NCBI GenBank assembly: GCA_040830495.1
Contig: JBFOMA010000001.1
Span: 303,602-367,601, forward strand
Source of the DNA: Puniceicoccaceae bacterium
GTDB lineage: Bacteria; Verrucomicrobiota; Verrucomicrobiia; Opitutales; Oceanipulchritudinaceae
Length of the DNA stretch: 64,000 nt
Direction of reading: 5' to 3'
Part shown: positions 1 to 9,755 of the stretch, in pieces
Layout of the letters: the number at the start of each line of letters is the position of its first letter
Position numbering within the stretch: the stretch's first letter is position 1
Made by a program: the position numbers and the translations under genes
Notes under the pieces: generated by a model
Seen by the model: the letters and a program-made list of their open reading frames with translations, nothing else
Database searches by the model: none
What the model was told of the DNA's origin: nothing

Positions 1-219
1 CTGGTGTATCTCAGCGATCTTGGTGTCGATGTAACGCAGCCGCCGTTCCTCCTTGGCGATTTCCACTTCCAGCGATCGAGTTGCCTGGGCCGTTATCTCA
101 ATTTGTTGTCGCAACCATAACAGACCCAGGCAACCGCTCACCGTAACCACTGCCAGCACAACAAGCAGTGATAAAATTTGTTTATAGAGAAATGTTTCTT
201 TTTGGATAAGTGGACTCAT
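1..219 (-). CDS. ftsL: Cell division protein FtsL-like (N-terminal part; gene continues beyond the window start)
   Basis: Reverse translation from ATG (219-217) gives MSPLIQKETFLYKQILSLLVVLAVVTVSGCLGLLWLRQQIEITAQATRSLEVEIAKEERRLRYIDTKIAEIHQ, a small single-TM protein with a coiled coil. Its start overlaps the rsmH stop (ATGA). Position after mraZ-rsmH is canonical for ftsL. Confidence 0.5.
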   Translation of the reverse strand, partial: MSPLIQKETFLYKQILSLLVVLAVVTVSGCLGLLWLRQQIEITAQATRSLEVEIAKEERRLRYIDTKIAEIHQ

Positions 220-1163
220 GCTGCCTTCCTTTCCTTTTCAAGGATCCTCAGCTTGGCAGATCGGGATCGGGGGTTTCGCGTGGCTTCCTGCTCATCCGCC
301 ACGAGGGGTTTGCGGGTGATCAATGTCGCCCGACGTACCCGGAATTGGCCGGGCGTTGAATCACGCCCGTGTTCCGGGCGGCCGGCCATGCGCCGGAAAA
401 AGCGTTTCACGATACGGTCCTCAAGCGAGTGGAAGCTGATAGCAGCCAGCCTGCCTCCGTCGCTCAGTTTTTCGAATGCGGCCGGGAGCGCTGTCTCGAT
501 CACCGCAAGCTCCCGGTTAACCGCAATCCTTATTCCCTGGAATGTCTTTGTCGCCGGATGAATCCTGCTGCCCGGACGCCTCGGCCCGACCGCTTCCTCC
601 ACCAGCTTGGCGAAGCTCAAGGTACGATCCAGTCGGTCGCTGCCACGGGCATTTTCAATCGCTGAGACAACACGGTGCCATTTTGCCTCTTCACCGAAGT
701 CCCTGACCGCCTGCACCAGCTCATTGTGGCCAGCACGCTTCAGGAATTCACTGGCTGGCTGACCTTCCTGTGGATTCATGCGCATGTCCAGAGGGGCATC
801 CTCCCGAAAGGAGAACCCACGCTGGGCATCATCAAAGTGAAAGGAGCTGACTCCGAAATCAAACAGCACGCCGATGAAGCCGCTTTCCTCGATTTCACCA
901 AGGTTCTCAAAGTTTGTGTGGTACATCGTCAGGCGACCCGGGAAGTCCTCCTGCAGCCGCTTGCCGCGCTCGATCGCTTCCGGATCACAATCCAGGGCAA
1001 CCACGACATTGCGCTCATCCGCCTCCAGCAGGGCCCGCGTGTGCCCGCCACCACCGAATGTGGCATCGAGGTAGGTGCCACTCCTGCCATCTGCAAGATG
1101 CGCAATCACTGGCTCAAGCATTACTGGCTCATGCCCGTTGGACTGGATTCCAGCTTCCCCCAT
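216..1163 (-). CDS. rsmH: 16S rRNA (cytosine1402-N4)-methyltransferase RsmH (MraW)
   Basis: The six-frame ORF is 216..1478. The conserved N-terminus HEPVMLEPV...GTYLDATFGGGGH and the SAM-MTase motifs place the likely start at the Met at 1163 (MGEAGIQ...). The longer ORF overlaps mraZ. Confidence 0.85.
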   Translation of the reverse strand: MGEAGIQSNGHEPVMLEPVIAHLADGRSGTYLDATFGGGGHTRALLEADERNVVVALDCDPEAIERGKRLQEDFPGRLTMYHTNFENLGEIEESGFIGVLFDFGVSSFHFDDAQRGFSFREDAPLDMRMNPQEGQPASEFLKRAGHNELVQAVRDFGEEAKWHRVVSAIENARGSDRLDRTLSFAKLVEEAVGPRRPGSRIHPATKTFQGIRIAVNRELAVIETALPAAFEKLSDGGRLAAISFHSLEDRIVKRFFRRMAGRPEHGRDSTPGQFRVRRATLITRKPLVADEQEATRNPRSRSAKLRILEKERKAA

Positions 1164-1399
1164 CAGCCTTTTCTTAATGCGTGCCAGACCTGCAGCCAGC
1201 CCGCCTTCCCACGGTTGATCTTCGGTGCATGTGCTTTCTGGCGACGATACAGGGCTTCCCCGATCGTCCCATCCGATGAAATTTCCAACTTCGGCACTTC
1301 CGGTAAGGACCAGGACGCGTAGTGCTTGGGTTCTCCTGAATGCAGAATTCCGCTTTGGATCAGTTTTTCTGTTTCCATGCTTTTCCTCCTGGTTACCGT

Positions 1400-1849
1400 T
1401 TAGAATCCGATCTGCTTGAGAACATCGAGGAGGTTCGGGTCTTCCGCTTCCTCGATGGCCACCTTTCGTCCATCCCAAATCTCGAAGTAACGCCCGACAC
1501 CCACCAGGCCGACCTGCTTGTCGATCCCCGCGTGTGCCCTCAGCTTGTCTGTCAGGAGGATGCGCCCCTGCTTGTCACAGCCGAATATGTGGCTCCTCCG
1601 GTAAAATGCCTTCAGCGCCTTTTGCTTCTCCACATCCGTCAACTGCGTGCTCCGCATCTTCTCTCTCAGCTCCTCCTGAATGTCCGGCGGATATACCGCT
1701 ATGAATCCATTCGGATGCTGCCATGCCAGGTAATAGTTCCCCTCGTCTCCCTCAACCCGCCAGTTCGAGGGCACAGTGACACGATTCCGTGCATCGAGAT
1801 TATGCACGTACTCACTAACATATGTCACCGGCTGTCCTGAATTGGTCAT
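1400..1849 (-). CDS. mraZ: Transcriptional regulator MraZ
   Basis: 149 aa with a duplicated MraZ/SpoVT-AbrB-like fold. It sits immediately upstream of rsmH. Confidence 0.85.
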   Translation of the reverse strand: MTNSGQPVTYVSEYVHNLDARNRVTVPSNWRVEGDEGNYYLAWQHPNGFIAVYPPDIQEELREKMRSTQLTDVEKQKALKAFYRRSHIFGCDKQGRILLTDKLRAHAGIDKQVGLVGVGRYFEIWDGRKVAIEEAEDPNLLDVLKQIGF

Positions 1850-2276
1850 CTATAGGTAGGTCAAGCGAACCATCTTTCCCCATTTTGTGACATTTCATCC
1901 CCCAAGGGTCAAGTCTGATCTCAGGATTTGAGGGTGTTCCTTTATCGTAACTTTTTGAAAACTAAGCGCTTAGTTGAGTTGTTCACGAGTTATTCACAGT
2001 GTTTTTCCCATGGCAAATCTTTAGTTGAGAAGGCCTGAATTAGCGCGTTTCCCTGAAAAATACTTCATATTACCTTATTGATCAACAACTTACACATCAT
2101 AAGAACGAAAATTCCTATATTTCGATAATACTTTGGTGAGAAACCTTCCAAAGTTGAAAGTAGAATTACCCACACTTGAAAAATGAAGGGTGGGTGTAAC
2201 TTTTTGACACAATTGGGTCGGATCATTGACAAAAAGCGGCCTTGCGGGCCAAATTTGGCTCATGGGGAAGAAGAAA

Positions 2277-3017
2277 ATGCGCCTGGATGAGCTATTGGTG
2301 GCGAAAGGGCTGGTGGAAAACCGTAGCCGTGCGAAGGCTCTGATCATGGCTGGCAAGGTCAGGCACGGGACCGAAATCCTGGACAAAGCCGGCAAGGAGT
2401 ACCCAGTTGAACACGCGCTCATCGTGGAGGAATCGAGCCGGTATGTTTCCCGCGGAGCTGAAAAACTCGCCGGCTACCTGAAGGCTTTTCCCATGGACGT
2501 CACGGGAAAACGGTTTCTCGATCTCGGTGCATCCACCGGTGGATTCAGTGATTTCCTTCTTCAGGAAGGGGCGACCGAAGGCACCTGTGTGGATGTGGGT
2601 CATGGCCAGCTCCATTACAAGCTCAGGCAGGATCCCCGGATAACCAACATGGAGCGAGTGAATGCACGGCACCTGAAGGCAGGTGACCTCCCCTATCCGG
2701 ACTACCCCATTATCGTAATGGATCTTTCCTTCATTTCGCTGAAGCTCATCCTTCCGGTAGCCTGGCAGTTCCTGCAGCCGGATGGTCTCATGGTTGCTTT
2801 GATCAAACCACAATTTGAAGCAGGCAAGGAGGAAGCCGACCGCTTCCGGGGAGTCATCACCGACAATTCAATCCGTGAAAGGATCCTCAATGACCTGCTT
2901 GATTTTGCTTCTGAAAGCCTTCCTGGTTGCCAGTTGGCTGGCTGGTGCGAATCCCCGATCAGCGGCATGAATGGCAATCTCGAATATCTTGCAGGCTGGA
3001 TCAGGACCCCGCAATAA
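2277..3017 (+). CDS. tlyA: TlyA-family rRNA 2'-O-methyltransferase (hemolysin A-like)
   Basis: S4-like N-terminus MRLDELLVAKGLVENRSRAKALIMAGKV plus an FtsJ-like MTase core (LDLGASTGGFSDFLLQEGA). Start chosen at the ATG at 2277, inside the longer ORF 2226..3017. Confidence 0.85.
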   Translation: MRLDELLVAKGLVENRSRAKALIMAGKVRHGTEILDKAGKEYPVEHALIVEESSRYVSRGAEKLAGYLKAFPMDVTGKRFLDLGASTGGFSDFLLQEGATEGTCVDVGHGQLHYKLRQDPRITNMERVNARHLKAGDLPYPDYPIIVMDLSFISLKLILPVAWQFLQPDGLMVALIKPQFEAGKEEADRFRGVITDNSIRERILNDLLDFASESLPGCQLAGWCESPISGMNGNLEYLAGWIRTPQ

Positions 3018-3118
3018 AATGCGGGTCTAACATATTGGATTCCTGAGGAATCGATTTCCGGATTTGCGATTTGTCCGGAGGTTGACTTTGCGTAGGCTGG
3101 TTACATGATTGCTGGCAC

Positions 3119-3967
3119 ATGCACCCACTATCCAATATTCTCTTTGTGGTTAACCACCAGAAGGCAGGTGCTGAAGACCTTGCCCACGATCTGAGCCAGG
3201 TCGCCGAAAAGTCGGGAATCCAGACTGAGATTATCACTCATTTCCCGGTTAAGCCGGACATGTTCAAAGGGCAGGACCTTTGTGTGGTTGTCGGCGGCGA
3301 CGGTACCCTTCTGGGAGTTGTTGAGGGAGCCACAAACCATACAGTTCCCGTTCTGGGCGTAAACCTCGGCCGCCTCGGATTCATGGCGAGTTTCTCTCCA
3401 CACGATATCATGGACCGCTTCCAGAGTGTCCTTGATGGGAAATTCAGCTATCGCAGCCTGACGGTCCTGGATTGTGAGTCTAAAGGCAATCCGACCATTT
3501 ACGCCTTGAATGACATCGTCATCAAGGCACGTTCCTCCCGCCTCATCCGCCTTGAAGTGCATTGTGAAAATGAGCACATGAACACCTACCACGCCGACGG
3601 GGTCATCTTCTCGACACCAACGGGATCGACGGCCTACAACCTTTCCGCAGGCGGCCCCATTGTTCATCCCTCGGCCAAGGTGATTGTGGCAACACCGATC
3701 AATCCACATACCCTTTCCAACCGTGCGATCGTCCTCGATGATTCGCATACGCTGGCGGTCCACCTGCTGGGTGATCCAAAGGATGTCCAGATTGCAGCAG
3801 ATGGAAAAGAAATCTTTGGCAATGTACCCAATTTCCCAATACAAATTCGGGTTGTGCAAAGCCGTTCATTCCATCTCGTCCAGCCGGATGATTATTCCCA
3901 TTATTTCGTACTCAGGAGCAAACTGAGGTGGACGGGGGATGCCATCTTCTCGCCGCAATCCCACTAG
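3119..3967 (+). CDS. nadK: NAD(+) kinase
   Basis: GGDGT motif (VVVGGDGTLLG), the NAD-kinase C-terminal domain and the DGVIFSTPTGSTAYNLSAGGPIVHP motif. Confidence 0.9.
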   Translation: MHPLSNILFVVNHQKAGAEDLAHDLSQVAEKSGIQTEIITHFPVKPDMFKGQDLCVVVGGDGTLLGVVEGATNHTVPVLGVNLGRLGFMASFSPHDIMDRFQSVLDGKFSYRSLTVLDCESKGNPTIYALNDIVIKARSSRLIRLEVHCENEHMNTYHADGVIFSTPTGSTAYNLSAGGPIVHPSAKVIVATPINPHTLSNRAIVLDDSHTLAVHLLGDPKDVQIAADGKEIFGNVPNFPIQIRVVQSRSFHLVQPDDYSHYFVLRSKLRWTGDAIFSPQSH

Positions 3968-4685
3968 CATGTCGTCGCCTGTAAAAGACGATCACGATCC
4001 ATTCAATGTACGGCGGCCTGAAGTCTTTGAGATAGCGGGCTGGCGTAAGCTGCTGTTCCACCCTATCTCGTGGGCACTGATCCTTTACCTGCGATCGATC
4101 CGGTTCAAAATGGACAAGCAGATGGTCGAAGCTATTTCAGCGATCCCGCATCCCCGCATGTTTGTCATGTGGCACAATCGCTCGTTTCTTTCGCCGGAGG
4201 TATTTCGCAAGTTCCTCATCCCGGAAAAGACTGCAGCCTTGATCAGTCCCAGCCGGATGGCGGCATGGCAGGTGGCTTTTTTCAAGCTCTACAACTTCAT
4301 CATAGTGCGCGGATCAACCACACGACGCAGTGTCCAGGCTGGCATAGAGCTACTTCGTGTCATGCGCGAAGGAGCCGATGCCGGGATTTCTCCTGACGGA
4401 CCTTCCGGCCCACTCTACGTGTACCAGGAGGGTTCCGTTGCCATAGCCAGAAAAATCTCCGCGCCAGTTATTATCCTGGTACCCAACTGCCGCATGGCCA
4501 TGCGGTCCAATAATTGGGACCGTACACTCTGGCCCATGCCCTTTGCCCGGGTTGAGGTACAGGCCAAAGTGGTTCAGCCCGACGATCCGCTCTGGACCAA
4601 GAGCAACGCCGAGGTAGCCTCCGAATTGAGGAGACTTTGCCTTGAGCTCACTGAAGACCCGTTTACATTCGAGGATCATGGATAA
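3939..4685 (+). CDS. Lysophospholipid acyltransferase family protein (DUF374)
   Basis: DUF374-like signature (MWHNRSF...ISPSRMAAW...RGSTTRRS...GISPDGPSGP). It overlaps the nadK end. An alternative start is MSSPVKDD at 3969. Confidence 0.65.
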   Translation: MPSSRRNPTSMSSPVKDDHDPFNVRRPEVFEIAGWRKLLFHPISWALILYLRSIRFKMDKQMVEAISAIPHPRMFVMWHNRSFLSPEVFRKFLIPEKTAALISPSRMAAWQVAFFKLYNFIIVRGSTTRRSVQAGIELLRVMREGADAGISPDGPSGPLYVYQEGSVAIARKISAPVIILVPNCRMAMRSNNWDRTLWPMPFARVEVQAKVVQPDDPLWTKSNAEVASELRRLCLELTEDPFTFEDHG

Positions 4686-4941
4686 GAAGGATATGGTAGA
4701 GAGCCTGCTCTTCGCTGGCTTTCGTGTGATGGCATTGTTACTCATGCTGACGGGGTTACTCGGTCTGGTATTTCAACTTCTGGAAGCCTGGGACCAGTTT
4801 GATCCGAATTATCTCGGAAGCTTCGTGACAGCCATTCTTCTCAGGCCTATTATCCTTATCCTTACAGGCCTTGTGCTGCATTTCAGCTCAGGCTTGATGG
4901 CTCGTCTTATGGCTGCCCGCTTCAACCAGCATGGCTCATGA
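4678..4941 (+). CDS. Small hydrophobic membrane protein (hypothetical, about 87 aa)
   Basis: Two predicted TM helices. Its start ATG overlaps the DUF374 stop (ATGGATAA) and its stop overlaps the next gene's start (ATGA), so the arrangement is translationally coupled. No homology recognised. Confidence 0.4.
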   Translation: MDKKDMVESLLFAGFRVMALLLMLTGLLGLVFQLLEAWDQFDPNYLGSFVTAILLRPIILILTGLVLHFSSGLMARLMAARFNQHGS

Positions 4942-6938
4942 CACGTTGCCTGGCACTGATTGTCAGTCTTCTCATCGCTATTCCCAGCTTGGCCAGCGAT
5001 GTTGTGCTGGGCGAATTTGTCGCCTCGAACGCCAACCGCTTGAACAAGCTGTTCGATCAGCTGGATCCAGCCCATCCGGAAGTGGGTCAGTTGGTTGAAC
5101 AATGGAATTCCGGTCAACACATAGAAGCAGCCGGCCGACTGGCCGCTTATTACGAGTCAAAGGCGTTTGCCCAGCAAATTCTTGAACCGCTGAATCTCGG
5201 AGCGGATCCGGTTCACGAGGCAGAACTGGCATTGCAGAACCAGTTCATTATTCATGATACAACGGTCGAGCTCCTTGAGTTGCCGGAAGGCTCGCTGGAA
5301 TGGAATCTGGAATCACAGGACCTGGACAAGGAGCTGGCCTGGATGCTCAACCGTCATACATTCCTGCCGTTGCTTGCAGAAGCTGGCAGTCGCACGGGCA
5401 ATGCAGCATACAGAGCGAAACTGAACGAGCTCTGGCAGTCATGGATTACTGAGAATCCCTCTCCCGGAAAATTATCCTTCTCCGCACAATGGCGTGCATT
5501 GGAAGTAGCCAGAAGAATCCTCAATTCATGGACGCATGTTTTCTATGATCGGGAATCACTTGATCCGTCATCACTGCTTATTGTGCTTTCCTCAATTCCT
5601 GATCATGCGGAGATCCTAAAGGAGCATGCGTCATTCTGGGGAGGTAATCATCTGATCACGGAAAAGCTGGCACTCCTGACTTTGGCAACCGCATGGCCGG
5701 AATTCCAGCAAGCCGCTGAATGGAGGGAGGATGCCATCGCTTCTCTAAGTGAACAGTTTCTCAAGCAAACGTATCCAGATGGCAGCTACAAGGAATTGAG
5801 CAATCATTACCAAAAGGTGATACTGCGCAGTGCCCACCAGTTCCTTATAATCCTGGCCCAAACAGAGCAGGACATGATGGAGCGCCCTGTGGCGAAACGT
5901 ATCGAAAAGCTATGGGAGTTCTTTGCATACTCGACCCGGCCCGATGGCTATGGCCCCCTCAACAACGCATCCGACCTGGAAAATAATGCAAACTTACTGA
6001 AGGGAGTATGGAGGTTTTATAACCGTCCGGACTGGCAGGTTATCGCCAATCGGATGACCAAGGATCTGCCCGGATCCGATTCGCCCACCCGACTGTTTCC
6101 CTGGGCCGGGCAAGCCTTTATCCGCAATCATTTCCGGCAGGACGGGGACTGGATTTACTTTGATGCAGGCCCCTATGGCACAGCCCATCAGCATGTCGAC
6201 CGGCTTCACGTCAGTGCATGTTTCAATGGTCGGCCAATCATCGTCGATTCCGGAAGATACACATACCAGCACGGATCCTGGAGGGAGTACTTCAAGGGAC
6301 CAGCTAGTCATTCGGTCTTGCAACTGGATGGGAAAGCCAGCGAGCAAGGACCTAGGGAAGTCAAATCCCCGATGCCATTGATCTTTGAGGAAAGCGAGGA
6401 TCATGTCTTCACTGCAGCTAGTGCCTCCTTCAAGTCAGCGTCCGGCAGGCATGGTCTTCCAACACTTAGGGCTGGCGTCCCATGGACTCGCGCAATCCTC
6501 TACGACAACAGGGGTTTCGCCATCATTTTTGATCACGTACTGGCGTTCACGGAACATGATTTCAGCCTGACATGGAACCTTCATCCGGACATACCGGGTG
6601 ATTCATATGCGGATGTCCTGAGAATTGTTGAATCGCCCGTGCACTCACGGGCAGCGGTCAGCGAAGGCTGGCACAGCCCGGAATACGGCGTCAAGCAGGC
6701 ATGCAAGCAACTGGTATTGCGCGGTCGTATCGATTCTCCCACTACAATAGTCACAATGATCGGGGGCGGGATGGCCCGGAAATACGGTTTTCATCCGACA
6801 AGCGAAGTCGGCTCTCCGATCCTTAATTTCCGCATCAGCTGGAATGGAAAAACCATCGCTGAAGCGGGGGTACGGCTGCATCCCAATCCGGAGCTGATCC
6901 AATACGAAAAGATCTTGTTGACTGAGGACGACCGCTGA
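4938..6938 (+). CDS. Heparinase II/III-like family protein (secreted, alginate/heparin-lyase fold)
   Basis: N-terminal signal peptide. The heparinase II/III C-terminal region has conserved His/Tyr motifs (NHYQKV..., GPYGTAHQHVDRLH, GRYTYQHGSWREYFKGPASHSV). Confidence 0.7.
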   Translation: MTRCLALIVSLLIAIPSLASDVVLGEFVASNANRLNKLFDQLDPAHPEVGQLVEQWNSGQHIEAAGRLAAYYESKAFAQQILEPLNLGADPVHEAELALQNQFIIHDTTVELLELPEGSLEWNLESQDLDKELAWMLNRHTFLPLLAEAGSRTGNAAYRAKLNELWQSWITENPSPGKLSFSAQWRALEVARRILNSWTHVFYDRESLDPSSLLIVLSSIPDHAEILKEHASFWGGNHLITEKLALLTLATAWPEFQQAAEWREDAIASLSEQFLKQTYPDGSYKELSNHYQKVILRSAHQFLIILAQTEQDMMERPVAKRIEKLWEFFAYSTRPDGYGPLNNASDLENNANLLKGVWRFYNRPDWQVIANRMTKDLPGSDSPTRLFPWAGQAFIRNHFRQDGDWIYFDAGPYGTAHQHVDRLHVSACFNGRPIIVDSGRYTYQHGSWREYFKGPASHSVLQLDGKASEQGPREVKSPMPLIFEESEDHVFTAASASFKSASGRHGLPTLRAGVPWTRAILYDNRGFAIIFDHVLAFTEHDFSLTWNLHPDIPGDSYADVLRIVESPVHSRAAVSEGWHSPEYGVKQACKQLVLRGRIDSPTTIVTMIGGGMARKYGFHPTSEVGSPILNFRISWNGKTIAEAGVRLHPNPELIQYEKILLTEDDR

Positions 6939-6982
6939 TTCATGCCCATACGCTGAAAATTAAAATTTGAGGTTAAAAACGG

Positions 6983-8089
6983 ATGCAGGCAGGAATTGTA
7001 GGATTACCAAACGTGGGGAAAAGCACCCTATTCAATGCGGTCACACGCACTCGCAAGGCTGAGGCGGCGAATTACCCGTTTTGCACGATTGAACCCAATG
7101 TCGGGATCGTCCAGGTGCCGGACAGCCGTCTGGAACCGCTTCGCGACATAGGTAAGACCAATGTGCTCATCCCTGCAGCGATCGAGTTCGTCGATATCGC
7201 CGGGCTTGTTGCTGGAGCATCCCAAGGCGAGGGCCTCGGCAACCAGTTCCTGTCAAACATTCGCCAGGTGGATGCCATTATCCAGGTCGTCCGCTGCTTT
7301 GAAGATGAGGATATCATCCACAATATGGGGAGTGTCGACCCAGTCCGCGACATCGAGGTGATCACCACTGAGCTCGTTCTTGCTGACTTGCAGTCGGTGG
7401 ACAACCAGATCGAAAGGCAGGCTCGCAAGGCAAAAGGCCAGGACAAGGAGGCCGCCGCCAACGTCGCTCTCCTGGAAAAGATCCAGGTCCATCTGAATGA
7501 AGGTAAACCTGCCAACACCATGGATTTGCCAGAGGAGGAACTCGAGCGCATGAAGCAGTTCTTCCTGCTGACGACCAAGCCTGTGATCTTCGCATGTAAT
7601 GTGCGTGAGGATGATCTGGGTGAGACCGCAGCGAATCCATTCGTACAAGCAGTCGAGAAGTATGTACAGGAGCACCACGATGCCGCCTCCTGCGTCATTT
7701 GCTCAAAGCTGGAAGAAGAGCTGAGTGAAATGGATCCTGCCGAGGCCGTTGAATTCCTGAAGGAGCTCGGCGTCGATGACAGCGGCGTCAGCCAGCTGAT
7801 ACGCGCCACTTACGACCTGCTTGGACTGGCAAGCTTCTTCACGGTCGGCGAGAAGGAGGCACGGGCATGGACTTTCCTCAAGGGCATGAAAGCACCGGAG
7901 TGTGCAGGTGTTATCCACACCGACTTCCAGGACGGCTTCATCAAGGCGGAAGTAGTTGCCTACGACGAGCTCATCGCAGCAGGTTCAAAGGCAGCAGCAC
8001 GGGATGCCGGAAAGTTGCGAATCGAGGGCAAAGAGTACGTCTTCGAGGATGGTGACGTTGTCGAGTTTCGTTTTAACAAGACTAGCTAG
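6983..8089 (+). CDS. ychF: Ribosome-binding ATPase YchF
   Basis: P-loop GLPNVGKSTLFNA, Obg-family GTPase motifs and a C-terminal TGS-like domain. Confidence 0.95.
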   Translation: MQAGIVGLPNVGKSTLFNAVTRTRKAEAANYPFCTIEPNVGIVQVPDSRLEPLRDIGKTNVLIPAAIEFVDIAGLVAGASQGEGLGNQFLSNIRQVDAIIQVVRCFEDEDIIHNMGSVDPVRDIEVITTELVLADLQSVDNQIERQARKAKGQDKEAAANVALLEKIQVHLNEGKPANTMDLPEEELERMKQFFLLTTKPVIFACNVREDDLGETAANPFVQAVEKYVQEHHDAASCVICSKLEEELSEMDPAEAVEFLKELGVDDSGVSQLIRATYDLLGLASFFTVGEKEARAWTFLKGMKAPECAGVIHTDFQDGFIKAEVVAYDELIAAGSKAAARDAGKLRIEGKEYVFEDGDVVEFRFNKTS

Positions 8090-9098
8090 ACAGCTTCCGT
8101 CTCACCGCATCGGTAAACCGCATATAGCGCAGGCCATCTCCAAAACTGGTCAGTGTCACCGGTGCTCCTTCCCGGATACTCTGAATAAAGTCTGCCTCAA
8201 CCTGCCAGCCTACCCTCTCCTCTTCCGGGATTCCCACCTTCTCTGCGCCTCCGCGCCTCCGCGAGAGAAACAATTCCCCGGTCCCCACATCCAGCCGTAA
8301 CGTTGCTTCCGAGCCCACCAGCTTGATCTCATTCCGACCCGGTCCCGCCTCGATCCCGGAGAAATGATAATTCAGCAGGCTTCCCCGCTCAAGCTGGCCA
8401 TGGACATGGATACAGTCGGGAATCTCCACCGGTGTCAGTTCGCCGGATTCCCAATGGATACGTTCCGGAGTAAAAATCGATCCCCGGGCGTCCAGCACCT
8501 CTATGGAATCCGGTAGCCAGCGTTCGATCACTTCGTGGTAAATGCCCATCGTGAGCATGTTGATGCCGCTATACCGGACATCCTGACGCCAATTCATCGG
8601 TGCATCCGGATCAAGGTAAGCCCCCATCGAGTGGTCGATGAAGACTTCCCTCAGCTCCCCCAGTTGTCCTGATTCGAGAATCTCAACAACAGTACGATCC
8701 TGCTCGAGTGTGAAGGGTGAAGGCACAATTTGCGCAACCAGTTCAGGACTTGCCTCAGCCATGGCGTACATCGCTTCAGCCCCTGCCAGGTCACTTGCCA
8801 TACGGGCCTCGGTCAGGACATGTTTGCCTGCTGACATTGCCGCTAACGTCATTTCAGCATGCATATAGGGCCATGTCCCAATGCACACCGCATCCACTTC
8901 CGGGTCAGCAATCACTGAGTGCCAATCCTCCGCAACCCTACCTATACCGAATTCCTTCGCTACCGCACTCGAACTGGCCTCACTGCGGTTTGCCACCGTA
9001 ACCAACTCCACTCCATCAATCTCCGCGAATCCCGGAAGATGACGCAGCCGGGTATTCGCTCCTGCCCCAATAAAACCAAGTCCAATCCTCTCACTCAT
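8082..9098 (-). CDS. Gfo/Idh/MocA-family NAD(P)-dependent oxidoreductase
   Basis: Rossmann motif GLGFIGAGANTR and the Gfo/Idh/MocA C-terminal domain. Start taken at MSERIG inside the ORF 8082..9158. Confidence 0.8.
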   Translation of the reverse strand: MSERIGLGFIGAGANTRLRHLPGFAEIDGVELVTVANRSEASSSAVAKEFGIGRVAEDWHSVIADPEVDAVCIGTWPYMHAEMTLAAMSAGKHVLTEARMASDLAGAEAMYAMAEASPELVAQIVPSPFTLEQDRTVVEILESGQLGELREVFIDHSMGAYLDPDAPMNWRQDVRYSGINMLTMGIYHEVIERWLPDSIEVLDARGSIFTPERIHWESGELTPVEIPDCIHVHGQLERGSLLNYHFSGIEAGPGRNEIKLVGSEATLRLDVGTGELFLSRRRGGAEKVGIPEEERVGWQVEADFIQSIREGAPVTLTSFGDGLRYMRFTDAVRRKLSS

Positions 9099-9185
9099 TC
9101 GGGTGAAACTATCTTTTCCTGTCTGGATTTCAAGTTTCCAGCTATCTCCCGATTGCATTTGACATAGCCCACGACTGACCCACCT

Positions 9186-9755
9186 TTGTCACTCACTAAA
9201 ATGATCGAGGATCTGGAGTCGATAATTGTCACCGAGCAGGAAATTCACGAACGCGTGGAGGTTCTTGGTAAGGAAATTTCGGAAGCCTATGCTGGCGTGG
9301 ATGAATTAACGGTAATCGCTGTCATCAATGGCGCTGTCCTGTTTACTGCTGACCTGATCCGGCACATAGACTTACCTGTCCGCCTGGATTGCATGCGTGT
9401 CTCCAGTTACAAGAACGACACCAGCCCGGTTCAGGAGCCAAACATCATTGATATGCTCCGCTTGGATTTAGAAGGCGCACATGTCCTCATTATCGATGAC
9501 ATTCTCGACACCGGCCACACCTGCCAGCGCGTGATTACCGAAATCCGCAAGCTGAAGCCCGCCTCGGTGCGTTTTGGTGCTCTTCTAGAAAAGGAAGGCC
9601 GCCGTGAAGTGGAAGCGAAGGCCGACTTCGTGGGTTTCCAGATCCCGGACAAGTTTGTTGTGGGTTACGGCTTGGACTTCGCAGAACGCTATCGCCAGTT
9701 GCCCTGTATCGGCATCCTCAAGGCCGAGCTGCAAAATCCACCGACCTGGATTTAA
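9186..9755 (+). CDS. hpt: Hypoxanthine phosphoribosyltransferase
   Basis: PRTase motif [13 protein letters not shown] and the overall HPRT pattern. Confidence 0.9.
   Translation: MSLTKMIEDLESIIVTEQEIHERVEVLGKEISEAYAGVDELTVIAVINGAVLFTADLIRHIDLPVRLDCMRVSSYKNDTSPVQEPNIIDMLRLDLEGAHVLIIDDILDTGHTCQRVITEIRKLKPASVRFGALLEKEGRREVEAKADFVGFQIPDKFVVGYGLDFAERYRQLPCIGILKAELQNPPTWI

Noticed and set aside
216-1478. Full-length 420-aa ORF as rsmH
   Set aside because: The N-terminal 105 codons overlap mraZ and are not part of the conserved RsmH N-terminus. Start moved to the Met at 1163.
7072-7809. 245-aa minus-strand ORF (and the 141-aa and 92-aa ORFs nearby)
   Set aside because: They are antisense to ychF, whose identity is unambiguous. 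Their composition is Ser/Ala-rich and low in complexity.
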